Positions 44,599 through 53,546 of a DNA stretch of 64,000 bases are shown here, piece by piece. Within the stretch, counting starts at the first letter, position 1; every line of letters starts with the position of its first letter. Source of the stretch: a virus; IMG/VR virus record IMGVR_UViG_3300031963_000072, positions 1 through 64,000 of that record; one strand, given 5' to 3'. Made by a program: the position numbers and the translations under genes. The notes under the pieces are model-generated. The model saw only the letters and a program-made list of their open reading frames with translations, ran no database searches and was not told where the DNA came from.

Positions 44599-45201
44599 TC
44601 ACTTCTCGCTGGGCCACTTGCCCGTGGCCTTGTGCATCATCCACGCTGCAGCTGCCTCGGGATCGTCTGCCCATTTCTCAACCTTCTTCACCTTATCCTT
44701 AAAGGTCTTGGTTCCCTTGAGGATCTTCTGCGCAGTCTTCTTTGAAGGTCCCTTCTTCTTGGCTTCAGCGTGCATGCCGTGCTCTTCTTCGTAGGCTTGC
44801 ATCTTAGCATCACCCGTGAGGTATCCGTGAACCTGCTGGAGGTTCTCGTGCGCAACTGCAAGGTGGTTCTGAACCCAACCAGGAAGCTGATCATCACCGT
44901 CGAGAAGCTCACACACCTCATATGCCATCTCCTTCATGGATGCGAGCTGAGACTTAGCCATGTAGCCTTCGTCGTCGTGGGCCTCACCGTGCTCTGAACC
45001 GTGGAGGAAGCGGTCGTCATCATCGAAGTCGACAGCAGGCTCATGTTCGTCGCCAGCAACATAACCCCAGTTACCGCTCTTCCACGCGGCCATCTCGTCC
45101 TCAGTGATGCGATTCATCGCCTCTGAGAGTTGTTTCTTCGGCTGTGATTTGCTTACTTCCTCTGCGATGAGTTTACGGAGCATCGTTGCTGTGAGTTTCA
45201 T
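44599..45201 (-). CDS. hypothetical protein with MKLTATMLRKLIAEE leader
   Basis: EGYMAKSQL..LPGWVQ motif. Confidence 0.75.
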   Translation of the reverse strand: MKLTATMLRKLIAEEVSKSQPKKQLSEAMNRITEDEMAAWKSGNWGYVAGDEHEPAVDFDDDDRFLHGSEHGEAHDDEGYMAKSQLASMKEMAYEVCELLDGDDQLPGWVQNHLAVAHENLQQVHGYLTGDAKMQAYEEEHGMHAEAKKKGPSKKTAQKILKGTKTFKDKVKKVEKWADDPEAAAAWMMHKATGKWPSEK

Positions 45202-45749
45202 TGTGGCATTATCCTTTGCTTGAGAAGGTAGATGTGTCCTTCGTGCTTGTCCTCGATTCCGGCGAGGAGATTGTCGAGACCACGTGTGAGAGTTCCGCAG
45301 GCCTTCATGTGCTCAACGAGGTGAGCAACAACTTTCAGGAAATTCATCTCTGCGAGATAGGAACGCTTGGCCAGCTCGGTGGGTTGCGGAATTGTGGATG
45401 TCATGCCGTATCCCTGAATGAGCTTGCAGAGTTGATTGTGGAGAAGCGCGATGTCGACGTTTGCCGTGGATCCAAGTCCGATTGCCTTCTCAGCGATGGA
45501 ATCGATCTCTCCTGTGACACCCTCGTAAAGGCGGGAGAAGAGTAAGTGGTCGCCATAGAAGGGATCGCCTTTTGTCGTCCAGTGGTGGTTCTGGTGCACA
45601 GATGCGAGGAACTTGAGGTTTGCGAGGAGCACAGAGAGTTCTGGGTAGGGAACTCCTCCCCATTCAGCAACCATGTTGTCGGTAACAATTCCAAGATTGG
45701 GCTCCACTACGAGAGCCATTTCAAGAGTTTCTACGAGTCTTCTCTTCAT
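45198..45749 (-). CDS. dps: Dps/ferritin-like protein
   Basis: HW..KG..F..H..F..LY..D..AE ferroxidase pattern. Confidence 0.82.
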   Translation of the reverse strand: MKRRLVETLEMALVVEPNLGIVTDNMVAEWGGVPYPELSVLLANLKFLASVHQNHHWTTKGDPFYGDHLLFSRLYEGVTGEIDSIAEKAIGLGSTANVDIALLHNQLCKLIQGYGMTSTIPQPTELAKRSYLAEMNFLKVVAHLVEHMKACGTLTRGLDNLLAGIEDKHEGHIYLLKQRIMPQ

Positions 45750-45756
45750 TACATTC

Positions 45757-46902
45757 TCACTTCAAAGTAAGGTTAAAGCTGACTGAATCGAGGGCAGCTC
45801 CTGGTCCCCACGAGAGACGGTAGGGCTCTCCCTCGAGTGCCTGACGCTTGTTCCAAGAGTCTACGTAACGATCGAGAGCGTTCTCAGCCGTGACAGTCAT
45901 CTTACCACCAGGGACTTTCGCATTTACAGGAATGAGCGTCTCCTTGTGGTTGCCCTCACCGAGGCGATACTTCTTGATGCCAGCTGGAACAGAGGCCTTA
46001 CGAATGCTGAAGACCTTCTCAGCTTCTTCGATGTACTGAGAATTGGAAAGACTGGATTCTACCAGGTCGGCCGCAGGATCATTTCTGTCTTCAATGACAG
46101 GCAAGACTGCATCGTCGAGGTGAGATTCACGAAGCAAGCGGGCTGCTATAGCCTTGAGCGACCCCTCTCCGAGAACTTCCTCTTCACGAGCTTTTATGCA
46201 GTCATAAATGCATTTGAGAAGTTTCTCCCTGTCCAACTTAACTCCTGTAGTAGAGTAATGGCTGGCAACTACTCGTGTCGCGACCGTCTCTTCCCAATTT
46301 CCTTCGATATTACCGCCGTATTCTTTACAAAGCTTGCTTGCAAGTCTTTCGTACCAGCTATCTGGTAAGTCTTTACCTGTGCTGCGGGTCTTGACTGCAT
46401 CTCCAAGTGGCTCTTCTCCATACATGTCAAATGGTTCTTCAACAGGTTTGACGTTTGGGAGACCTGATTCTTGTAGCCTCTTTTGTTTCACTATTGTCAA
46501 TAGCTGATCATCATTAGGGAACTTCCTGATAGACTCTTTTAAAGATCCGTAAGGAAGGCGTTTTGCTACTGCACATCTTACTGAAGAAGAAGGATCACTG
46601 AGAAGTCTCTCAGCAAGTCTTATTGGAAGCAATCTAGCTGCAAGCTTTCTTACTTCTGAGTGCTTGCTCATTAAAGCTTCCACCAAGATAGACGTTTTTG
46701 CAGACTTGTAGTCCGTCTGACCCGTTGATTCAAAAAAATCCAGCTGTTCATTTGCAGCTTCCGCGACTCTCTCGCAACTTTTGGAGACCATGACGGGAGG
46801 GCCAAAAACGCGAAAGAGCTCGTCGCGAATTGCTGAATTCTTCTGTTCTTCTTTTATCGTTATCTTTGCTACTCGCTGCAGCTCTTCAAGCTTCAGATCC
46901 AT
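45757..46902 (-). CDS. hypothetical protein with HEAT/LRV-like repeats
   Basis: SEVRKLAARLL and SSVRCAVAKRL repeats; ATACTTA upstream. Confidence 0.7.
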   Translation of the reverse strand: MDLKLEELQRVAKITIKEEQKNSAIRDELFRVFGPPVMVSKSCERVAEAANEQLDFFESTGQTDYKSAKTSILVEALMSKHSEVRKLAARLLPIRLAERLLSDPSSSVRCAVAKRLPYGSLKESIRKFPNDDQLLTIVKQKRLQESGLPNVKPVEEPFDMYGEEPLGDAVKTRSTGKDLPDSWYERLASKLCKEYGGNIEGNWEETVATRVVASHYSTTGVKLDREKLLKCIYDCIKAREEEVLGEGSLKAIAARLLRESHLDDAVLPVIEDRNDPAADLVESSLSNSQYIEEAEKVFSIRKASVPAGIKKYRLGEGNHKETLIPVNAKVPGGKMTVTAENALDRYVDSWNKRQALEGEPYRLSWGPGAALDSVSFNLTLK

Positions 46903-46952
46903 ATTGAAAAGACTCCTAGTTTCTAAGTATTAAGCGCAAATGAAATCATACG

Positions 46953-47141
46953 CTATTTAGTGGACAACTTCATGTCTTTGGCCCACGAAGCTATCTTTTT
47001 CTTGGCGTCGTCTCTCACAAGAACGCTCTTTTTCTTAAATGCAGGATCGTCTAGAAGTTCTTCCGTATAGGATTCTTCAGGCTGTGAACCACTAATAGCC
47101 TTTCTAACAATCTCTCGCAGCTGTCCTAGAGTAATCTTCAT
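46953..47141 (-). CDS. small protein with MKITLGQLREIV leader
   Basis: ATAGTTA 6 nt upstream. Confidence 0.7.
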   Translation of the reverse strand: MKITLGQLREIVRKAISGSQPEESYTEELLDDPAFKKKSVLVRDDAKKKIASWAKDMKLSTK

Positions 47142-47677
47142 GAATAGTAACTATTAAACTGAAAGAAAGAAGACCAGTCAGGGTGCCAAGTTCCAGTAGG
47201 ACTCACATCCCAGAAATGAGTCATTAACGGGATAGAAGGCGGCTTCCTCAAATGCATCCCAGACTCAGAAAGAAGTCTCGATCCTTTTCTAATATTGCAC
47301 TTTTTACAAGCAGAAACACAGTTCTTCCAGTCTGTAGTTCCGCCTTTAGAACGCGGAAGCACGTGGTCGATCGTGATGGTCTTGTAGTCCAGATTTATTC
47401 CGCAATATTGACATTGCCAGTTATCACGGTTAAATAAGACTCTTTTTCTAAAACGTGGAGTAGAGTACTTGCGTGTCACCCGTTCGAAGAGCCGAACGGT
47501 AGCAGGAACCCTATAGGCACTACCGGGAGTCGTGTAGACATCATCCCACGCGCTAGGAGATTCTCCCACCGTAATTACCTCAGCCCTGCATTTAAACAGC
47601 AGATTGAGAGCACGAATAGACGATACGAAGTTAAGTGGTGTCCAATCAGCATTGAGTAGGAGAACGTTTCTTTTCAT
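47138..47677 (-). CDS. HNH endonuclease
   Basis: VLLLNA, RD..CQYCG, TIDHVLPRSKGG, N..ACKKCN..KG; start moved to MKRNV. Confidence 0.9.
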   Translation of the reverse strand: MKRNVLLLNADWTPLNFVSSIRALNLLFKCRAEVITVGESPSAWDDVYTTPGSAYRVPATVRLFERVTRKYSTPRFRKRVLFNRDNWQCQYCGINLDYKTITIDHVLPRSKGGTTDWKNCVSACKKCNIRKGSRLLSESGMHLRKPPSIPLMTHFWDVSPTGTWHPDWSSFFQFNSYYS

Positions 47678-47739
47678 TTCAGCTCCTAAGATCGGCGGCT
47701 TTGATGTAAATATCTTTCCGCTGATCGGCATCGAGGCCC

Positions 47740-48525
47740 TCATCGCTTTCTTTTCACGGTCCTCAAGTTTTCTACTGCATCATCAAAAATCTTTTCATCT
47801 TTCTCTATGCATATCCAGTTACGCTTCAGGCCTTGAGCTGCATAAGCAGCTGTCATGGATCCACCAAAGGGATCCATGATCCAGTCACCCTCATTGGTGT
47901 TTGCGAGGATAGGGATCTCAAAAACCTGGAGTGGTTTCTGAGTGGGATGCACCTTTCCTGAAAAGATCTCAGTGATATCTGTCCAGACGTTTGTGCGCCT
48001 GTAGAACTCGCTCTTAGCGGGATACTTGGCGTTGTAACCAGCATATCCTCGCTTCGTGTCGAGGTAGGGAACATTGAAGGTAGCAGGCTTCTTGATGTTA
48101 CCCTTCACCATGTACAGAACTTCCTCACGGGTGGAGAGATAGTTGTGTTGTACTCCGTAGGCCCGCTTCTTGTGCCAAGTGATGAGGTTGGAGATTCGCA
48201 TGGGCGTTTCGTACTCAACGCGGTGTGCATACTCAAAGAAAGGGCGGAAACCCGGAATACCGTATCCACCCCACACGTACATGGCACCACCGTCCATGAT
48301 TAAATCGGAGAATGTGTTGGTCCATTCCACCATCCAATTTACGAACTTTTTCTGTCCGTCGTGCCACTTGTCCCACTCCTCATCGATGATGTTGCCGTAA
48401 GGAGGATCCGTGACGACTGCCTTCAGTTTGGAATCGCCGAGAACGTTCTTGATCTCATCGATCACCTCTTGTGAGGTGCAGTCGCCACAGATCGCCAGGC
48501 CGTCTTCGAATTTCTCAATCTTCAT
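47740..48525 (-). CDS. N6-adenine/N4-cytosine DNA methyltransferase (beta class)
   Basis: DPPY precedes HPTQKP and DPFGGS. Confidence 0.9.
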   Translation of the reverse strand: MKIEKFEDGLAICGDCTSQEVIDEIKNVLGDSKLKAVVTDPPYGNIIDEEWDKWHDGQKKFVNWMVEWTNTFSDLIMDGGAMYVWGGYGIPGFRPFFEYAHRVEYETPMRISNLITWHKKRAYGVQHNYLSTREEVLYMVKGNIKKPATFNVPYLDTKRGYAGYNAKYPAKSEFYRRTNVWTDITEIFSGKVHPTQKPLQVFEIPILANTNEGDWIMDPFGGSMTAAYAAQGLKRNWICIEKDEKIFDDAVENLRTVKRKR

Positions 48526-48950
48526 GTTGCTCTAATCTTATCAATTAGCTCGTCAGTGTTCAACTTGCGAGTGAGTCTCTTCTCCTGGCAAGGATCACAG
48601 AGGGTGCGGATCCACCCACCTGGTTGCTTATGACCGGGCACTCCACAGTCCTCACAGATCTTGTGAGACATTGCCTCGGCCATTCGGATGGCACCCCACA
48701 TCTCTTCGTTGCCACCATAGATGTAGAAGCGAAGGCCACCGAACTTCTCCTTCACCTGAGCGGCGAGAGGCTGTGCGGCCTCTTTCTCTTCCTCAGGGAG
48801 CCTGTAAATGACGTTATACGCCTCGTTCTGAAGGACTGCGCAGAGAGAGTCGATGATGTCGTACCAGCCATCACCGCACTCTGTGTACTTTAGATTGATA
48901 AAAATCTTTGGGTATTTCTGAAAAAGCTGCTTCTCTTTATCGGGACTCAT
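48522..48950 (-). CDS. conserved phage protein with Zn finger
   Basis: CGDGW, QVKEKFGGLRFY, CEDCG, GWIRTLC. Confidence 0.8.
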   Translation of the reverse strand: MSPDKEKQLFQKYPKIFINLKYTECGDGWYDIIDSLCAVLQNEAYNVIYRLPEEEKEAAQPLAAQVKEKFGGLRFYIYGGNEEMWGAIRMAEAMSHKICEDCGVPGHKQPGGWIRTLCDPCQEKRLTRKLNTDELIDKIRAT

Positions 48951-48977
48951 GATTCATGAGTATAGTACTAATTTCAG

Positions 48978-50708
48978 CTATATTACATTCTTAGTATGCT
49001 TTTTCGATTCTAGCTTGAGGTAGTCTGGGAGGGCGTCCAGAATGGCCTCGATAGACTTTGTGTCAATCCCTTCGAGATCGTCTTGAATTGTCTTGATTAG
49101 ATTGGCGTGCTTGCCGCCGCTGTCTTTGGAAGTGTTAATAAGCAGGTCTCTTGCTTTTAGCTTAACAAAATCAATCTCAGCGGGTATTCTCTTCAGGCCT
49201 CTAATCGCATCTTTCTTGTCTTTGGAGGACTTCGAAGAAGTAAAATTGCTTTCTGCTTGATTCAAGATTTTTATGATGAGATCAACTGATGTGTCCCCTA
49301 TCATTTTCTTGCCGTCAGGATCCATTTCGTCTAGTATGTCGACAATGTCCTCTATTGACTTGCTGTCATCGACCTTCTTTTTAAATTCCGACTTCTTCTT
49401 ATTTTCTTCACCAGACTTCTTAACTTTGTCTACAATAGCGTCTATTTCCTTGTTAAGGTTCTCAGGCTCTTTTGAAAGCTTTAGATTCTTAACGATGTTT
49501 TTTAGTGCTATGACTTCACCCTCAGCAGGAGATTCATCCTTCTCTATCTTTTGAATGAATTCTTTGCCATCCTTGTTGTTTTGTAGCGCATTCTTGACTT
49601 CTTCTGGTACTTCCATCTCTAAGAGATTTTTTACCCATTGACGTGTCGATCCTTTCGAATGAATGAGCGCCATCTGTGCATCAATCACGTCTTTCATTGT
49701 TAGCGTATAAATGTTTGATTTTCTTTGGGTAGATTCAGCAACAGAAAATGAAGATCTTAGCTTGCCCTTCTTTAAAAGAGCAGAAAGAACTCTTGAAACA
49801 GTCTTTTCATCTTGCTGCGACTTATCCTGAACATACTTCACAAAGTCTTTCACCAAAGCTTTTGGATTTTCTTTTGCCTTCTCAGCTGCTGCGCTGGGAT
49901 CGACTCCTTTTTCTTCGGATCTGCCGGCAGCAACAGCAGATGCTAACGCATCAAGCGATGTAACTGGTTTGGCACTTGTGTCAGCTGTCGAAGATGTCTT
50001 GGCAGCAGAGCCCATCATGTCTTTGACTGAGTCCTGTATTTCGCTTGAAACAGGATTTGATGTGACTGTCCTTATCAATTGAACAAGCTTCGGTGCTGGC
50101 ATCATCATGATGTCGTCAACAAGCGTTTCTATGCTGTTGACGTAAGGCATTCCTCCGCTGGAAGCACCAAAGAAAGATTTTAGATTTGCAAAGACTCCTT
50201 CTGGAACGAAAGCCTTTTTTAAGTTCTTTTGAACATTCTTGATACCATTGTCATCAAGCTGCTTCATGAGAGGCTGATCAGACTTTTCATCGAAGTTAGG
50301 GGCATTGTTTTTAATAACGCTTGCAGCATCTTTGAGACCTGTCTCGAGCGCGTTTAGCAGCATGGTAGCCTTTAGAATAGGGTTTTTTCCTGCCTTTGCT
50401 CCAAATTTTTGTGCAATCGCCGTGGCTCCTTTTTTTAACAAAGAACCCATGCCGCCACCAGTAAAATCATTGACATCGTTGCGCGCGTCGGTGATTGCTG
50501 CTCCGAGTGAATCTTTAAGATTTGGATCAGACAAAGCTATCTTTTCTATAGATGCTAGCCTATCGAGAACACGCGTAGCTTTTTTTAAATCTTCTGCATC
50601 TAAAACTTCCATTATCAGTAATGCAGTAGATTCAGCTAGAATTCTCTCTTGAATTTTTTGTTCTATCACAAGCTTGTTAAGATCTGAGTGCACGGGTTTT
50701 TTTGACAT
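48978..50708 (-). CDS. large helical hypothetical protein
   Basis: 576 aa with repeated L/I-x-E motifs; ATAATTA upstream. Confidence 0.75.
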   Translation of the reverse strand: MSKKPVHSDLNKLVIEQKIQERILAESTALLIMEVLDAEDLKKATRVLDRLASIEKIALSDPNLKDSLGAAITDARNDVNDFTGGGMGSLLKKGATAIAQKFGAKAGKNPILKATMLLNALETGLKDAASVIKNNAPNFDEKSDQPLMKQLDDNGIKNVQKNLKKAFVPEGVFANLKSFFGASSGGMPYVNSIETLVDDIMMMPAPKLVQLIRTVTSNPVSSEIQDSVKDMMGSAAKTSSTADTSAKPVTSLDALASAVAAGRSEEKGVDPSAAAEKAKENPKALVKDFVKYVQDKSQQDEKTVSRVLSALLKKGKLRSSFSVAESTQRKSNIYTLTMKDVIDAQMALIHSKGSTRQWVKNLLEMEVPEEVKNALQNNKDGKEFIQKIEKDESPAEGEVIALKNIVKNLKLSKEPENLNKEIDAIVDKVKKSGEENKKKSEFKKKVDDSKSIEDIVDILDEMDPDGKKMIGDTSVDLIIKILNQAESNFTSSKSSKDKKDAIRGLKRIPAEIDFVKLKARDLLINTSKDSGGKHANLIKTIQDDLEGIDTKSIEAILDALPDYLKLESKKHTKNVI

Positions 50709-50736
50709 GACGCTTTCATTAATTATAACACAAAAG

Positions 50737-50766
50737 AAAAACGGCAGAAATTTTCATTTCTGCCGT
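50737..50766 (-). terminator. intrinsic terminator
   Basis: ACGGCAGAAA...TTTCTGCCGT hairpin with a minus-strand T-run, downstream of hsp20. Confidence 0.75.
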
Positions 50767-50794
50767 AAGGAAGTGATTAATCTGCTCTGTCTAT

Positions 50795-51187
50795 TTATCT
50801 CGTCTTAATTTCTATTGTTCTTGTCTTTGCAACAGTAGTTTTACCAAAAGTTAATGTCAAAACACCGTCTTCGTGTGTCGCTGTGACAGTTTCTGGATCG
50901 TAGTCCCTTGAAAGGACATATGAGTACTTAAATTCTTCGCCCCGAAGTTTTCCTGTCACTTTAATGTCTCTCCCCGTTGCCTGAACGGAAAGATCTTTTG
51001 ACTTGACTCCTGGTAAATCAACGGAGAGATGAAGTTCATTGTCCTTCTCTTCAGTCCTGTACACAGAGGAGCTTGTATGTACTCTCGTTCGTGTCGTGTA
51101 GGGGGTCGAGTAAAGGTCCTCTAGTGTACGAAGGGTGTCGAAGAGAGTCGGGGTCTTCAGCATCGAATCGTAGTACTTGTTCAACAT
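50795..51187 (-). CDS. small heat-shock protein (Hsp20)
   Basis: DLPGV, ATHEDGVLTL, IEI. Confidence 0.88.
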   Translation of the reverse strand: MLNKYYDSMLKTPTLFDTLRTLEDLYSTPYTTRTRVHTSSSVYRTEEKDNELHLSVDLPGVKSKDLSVQATGRDIKVTGKLRGEEFKYSYVLSRDYDPETVTATHEDGVLTLTFGKTTVAKTRTIEIKTR

Positions 51188-51277
51188 CTATTGTTCTCCT
51201 GTGGTCTTGAGGCTCATTGCCTCGTGATCCTACGATAATCATCCCCTCGAAGAAGGTAACCCCTTGAGTAACTTTTT

Positions 51278-51526
51278 TTAGATCAAGAGATCTCTAGTGA
51301 TCTCTGCCTCTGCCTGCTTCTTTGCAGCTTCGGCAAGTGACTTCTCGTGCATCTCTGCGACCAGCTTGACGTACTCGGAATCGAGAGTGAGAGTTCCCTC
51401 TTCCTTTGGATCCTCCACGAGACGGACCTGTCGGAGTAGGTCAGCACCGTCGATACCGAAGATGACGGCTTCCTGAAAGATCTGGATCATTCTCATTGCA
51501 ACGCTGTCTGAAATCTTGTAACTCAT
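51278..51526 (-). CDS. hypothetical phage protein
   Basis: SD AAGGAG; ORF in operon. Confidence 0.7.
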   Translation of the reverse strand: MSYKISDSVAMRMIQIFQEAVIFGIDGADLLRQVRLVEDPKEEGTLTLDSEYVKLVAEMHEKSLAEAAKKQAEAEITRDLLI

Positions 51527-51537
51527 TTAATTCTCCT

Positions 51538-52128
51538 TTATGCCGGAATGTTTCTTGTAGTCTTTAATACCACGATTATTTCTGTAAACACAGATTCTTT
51601 TGGACGGTCTGACGCAACCACATGCGCCTCCTTAGGATGTTTGTTTACCCAGTCAGCGTATAGCTTTCTGACATTCTCCTGAAGCTTTGCGTCTTTCTCG
51701 TAAACATCTTCAGGTTCATGTTTGTGAGGCTCACCAAGAAGCACGAGAGTGAAGTCAGGTTTTCTCAACTTTTTATAAAAGTAATTCACGAATCCGTCAT
51801 CAACTCCAGCGGCTTTGCCGTAGACAGTAGTTGACAGACTCCACCTGTCGAAGATGAGATAGTCATACACATGATCAAGATCAGAGAGTTCTTTCGTCTG
51901 GAACAACCATCTATTTAGAAACTGGGTCAACTGGAATACTCTAGGAAACTTCTTGGCATGTCCTTTCTCAAGCATCCAATAAATGGCCTTGTAGGTCATC
52001 TCATCGTGAATGGGAACTTCGACAACCTTTGCCTTCTTGCCGCACTGCCAAAGATACTCGCACAGGAGCGCGCTCTGTGTAGCTTTACCAACCCTATCAG
52101 GTCCCTCAATCACAATGATCTTACTCAT
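51538..52128 (-). CDS. tmk: thymidylate (dTMP) kinase
   Basis: IEGPDRVGKATQ, DRWSLS, KPD. Confidence 0.88.
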   Translation of the reverse strand: MSKIIVIEGPDRVGKATQSALLCEYLWQCGKKAKVVEVPIHDEMTYKAIYWMLEKGHAKKFPRVFQLTQFLNRWLFQTKELSDLDHVYDYLIFDRWSLSTTVYGKAAGVDDGFVNYFYKKLRKPDFTLVLLGEPHKHEPEDVYEKDAKLQENVRKLYADWVNKHPKEAHVVASDRPKESVFTEIIVVLKTTRNIPA

Positions 52129-52784
52129 TCGAACGGTCCCCTCAGTTGTCCATCCTTTAACAGACCGAACGCCTCAAGTGTGGCATCAAACTGTCCTGTC
52201 TCCTTCACGAGACGGAGCATGTCACCTGCAAGGTCACGAACCTCAAGCTGTGCATGCGTGGAGTAACGTAACCGAAGGAAATGAACGAAGGATCGAAAGT
52301 TGAACATCACGTCGGCGGTGAGCTGGTTTCCATACGGAACGTACATTCGAGCAGACTCCTTGGCACGCTTCCGAGGAACTCCCTTCTTCTCCAGACGAGT
52401 TAACACCTCATGGTACTTGGAGAGAGATGCCTCCATGTGTTCCACATACTTTGTCTTCTCCTCCGCATCCCAATCGGTGGGAACGTAGTACTTATCGTCC
52501 TTCAGTTCCTTATAACGGGCAGATTCGCCATTGACAGAGACTCCAATTCGGTGCTTGATGAGATGGATGTGTGTGGCTATCTCGGTGGTGCAGAGGAAGT
52601 GGAGTGACGACTTCTCGAAGGGTGTCTCATGTCCGTTTTCAGCGAGCATCTTCAAGAGCTTGGGAATTCTCTCACGTTTCTCGTCTGTTAAATCACGAGA
52701 GGTGGAGGTCCATGCTGACAATGCGTGCGACTCATCTCCACCGTAGAAACCAATAAGTTCTACTCTGTTGGGTTGTTGTGGCAT
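52125..52784 (-). CDS. thyX: flavin-dependent thymidylate synthase
   Basis: HETPFE, KHR..SVNGESARY, ESAR, HAQLEVR. Confidence 0.92.
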   Translation of the reverse strand: MPQQPNRVELIGFYGGDESHALSAWTSTSRDLTDEKRERIPKLLKMLAENGHETPFEKSSLHFLCTTEIATHIHLIKHRIGVSVNGESARYKELKDDKYYVPTDWDAEEKTKYVEHMEASLSKYHEVLTRLEKKGVPRKRAKESARMYVPYGNQLTADVMFNFRSFVHFLRLRYSTHAQLEVRDLAGDMLRLVKETGQFDATLEAFGLLKDGQLRGPFE

Positions 52785-52796
52785 AACGCCATATTA

Positions 52797-53081
52797 CTAT
52801 ACGCTGCGTACGAATTTCAATAACTTCTCTTCGAGAAGTTCCTTCATTTCCTTCTCAAGCTCTTGAAGGACAGAATTTGCAGATGCAAGCATCTGTCGTT
52901 GCTTGGCAGGATCTTTTGACATCTGGCTGATGTGTCTACGAAGATGACGCTTGAGACCTTCAGTTGCATCAGATGCAACCTGAGAGAGTGCGAAATCAGG
53001 AATGCCTCGGGCATAGTCCTCTTTGAGGATAGACTTCACTTCCGAGGCAATCACCTGCTTAAGTGCTTGCTGCTTCTTCAT
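52797..53081 (-). CDS. hypothetical protein
   Basis: LKQVIASEVKSILKE leader. Confidence 0.7.
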   Translation of the reverse strand: MKKQQALKQVIASEVKSILKEDYARGIPDFALSQVASDATEGLKRHLRRHISQMSKDPAKQRQMLASANSVLQELEKEMKELLEEKLLKFVRSV

Positions 53082-53524
53082 TCCATTCCCTCAGGAGAAT
53101 TAACTCCTGATTCTTCAACGGCAAGTTTGCCAAGAGCGAGAACGTATCTGTCGATAGCCATCTTAATATCTGTCACAAGCTCCATCTCAAGTTCATAGGA
53201 GTTAAACTCCTCAAGATTGTCTCTCAGTATATCAGCTTTGACGGTCTTTCCAGTCAAGTCGTAATACATGTTTGAAAGTTCAGCGTAGACCTTCTTGTTA
53301 ATGGGTGTAAGAACTTGCTGTGAATAATTTGTCATCTCGTCATCGAGCGCTGCAACGAGCTGACCAGGCATGTCACTTGGATCTGCATTCTCAAAGAGAA
53401 AACTTTCCTGCGCGACAGACTTCTTCCTGTTCTCGTACATGCTCTCATGGAGGTTCTTTCTAACTTCTGCCTCCTCGTTGATGAGGCCTGTGATCTTCTC
53501 AAGTTGTCTCTGGGTAAGTTTCAT
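53078..53524 (-). CDS. hypothetical protein with MKLTQRQLEKI leader
   Basis: ATAGTTA upstream. Confidence 0.7.
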   Translation of the reverse strand: MKLTQRQLEKITGLINEEAEVRKNLHESMYENRKKSVAQESFLFENADPSDMPGQLVAALDDEMTNYSQQVLTPINKKVYAELSNMYYDLTGKTVKADILRDNLEEFNSYELEMELVTDIKMAIDRYVLALGKLAVEESGVNSPEGME

Positions 53525-53546
53525 TTTCGACTCCGAACTTAACTAT

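Noticed and set aside
47138-48525. HNH plus methyltransferase as a restriction-modification pair
   Set aside because: The HNH belongs to a common stand-alone family and orphan MTases are frequent in phages; adjacency alone is weak evidence.
51188-51230. RNA thermometer upstream of hsp20
   Set aside because: Only a short GAGGC/GCCTC hairpin that does not cover the SD sequence.
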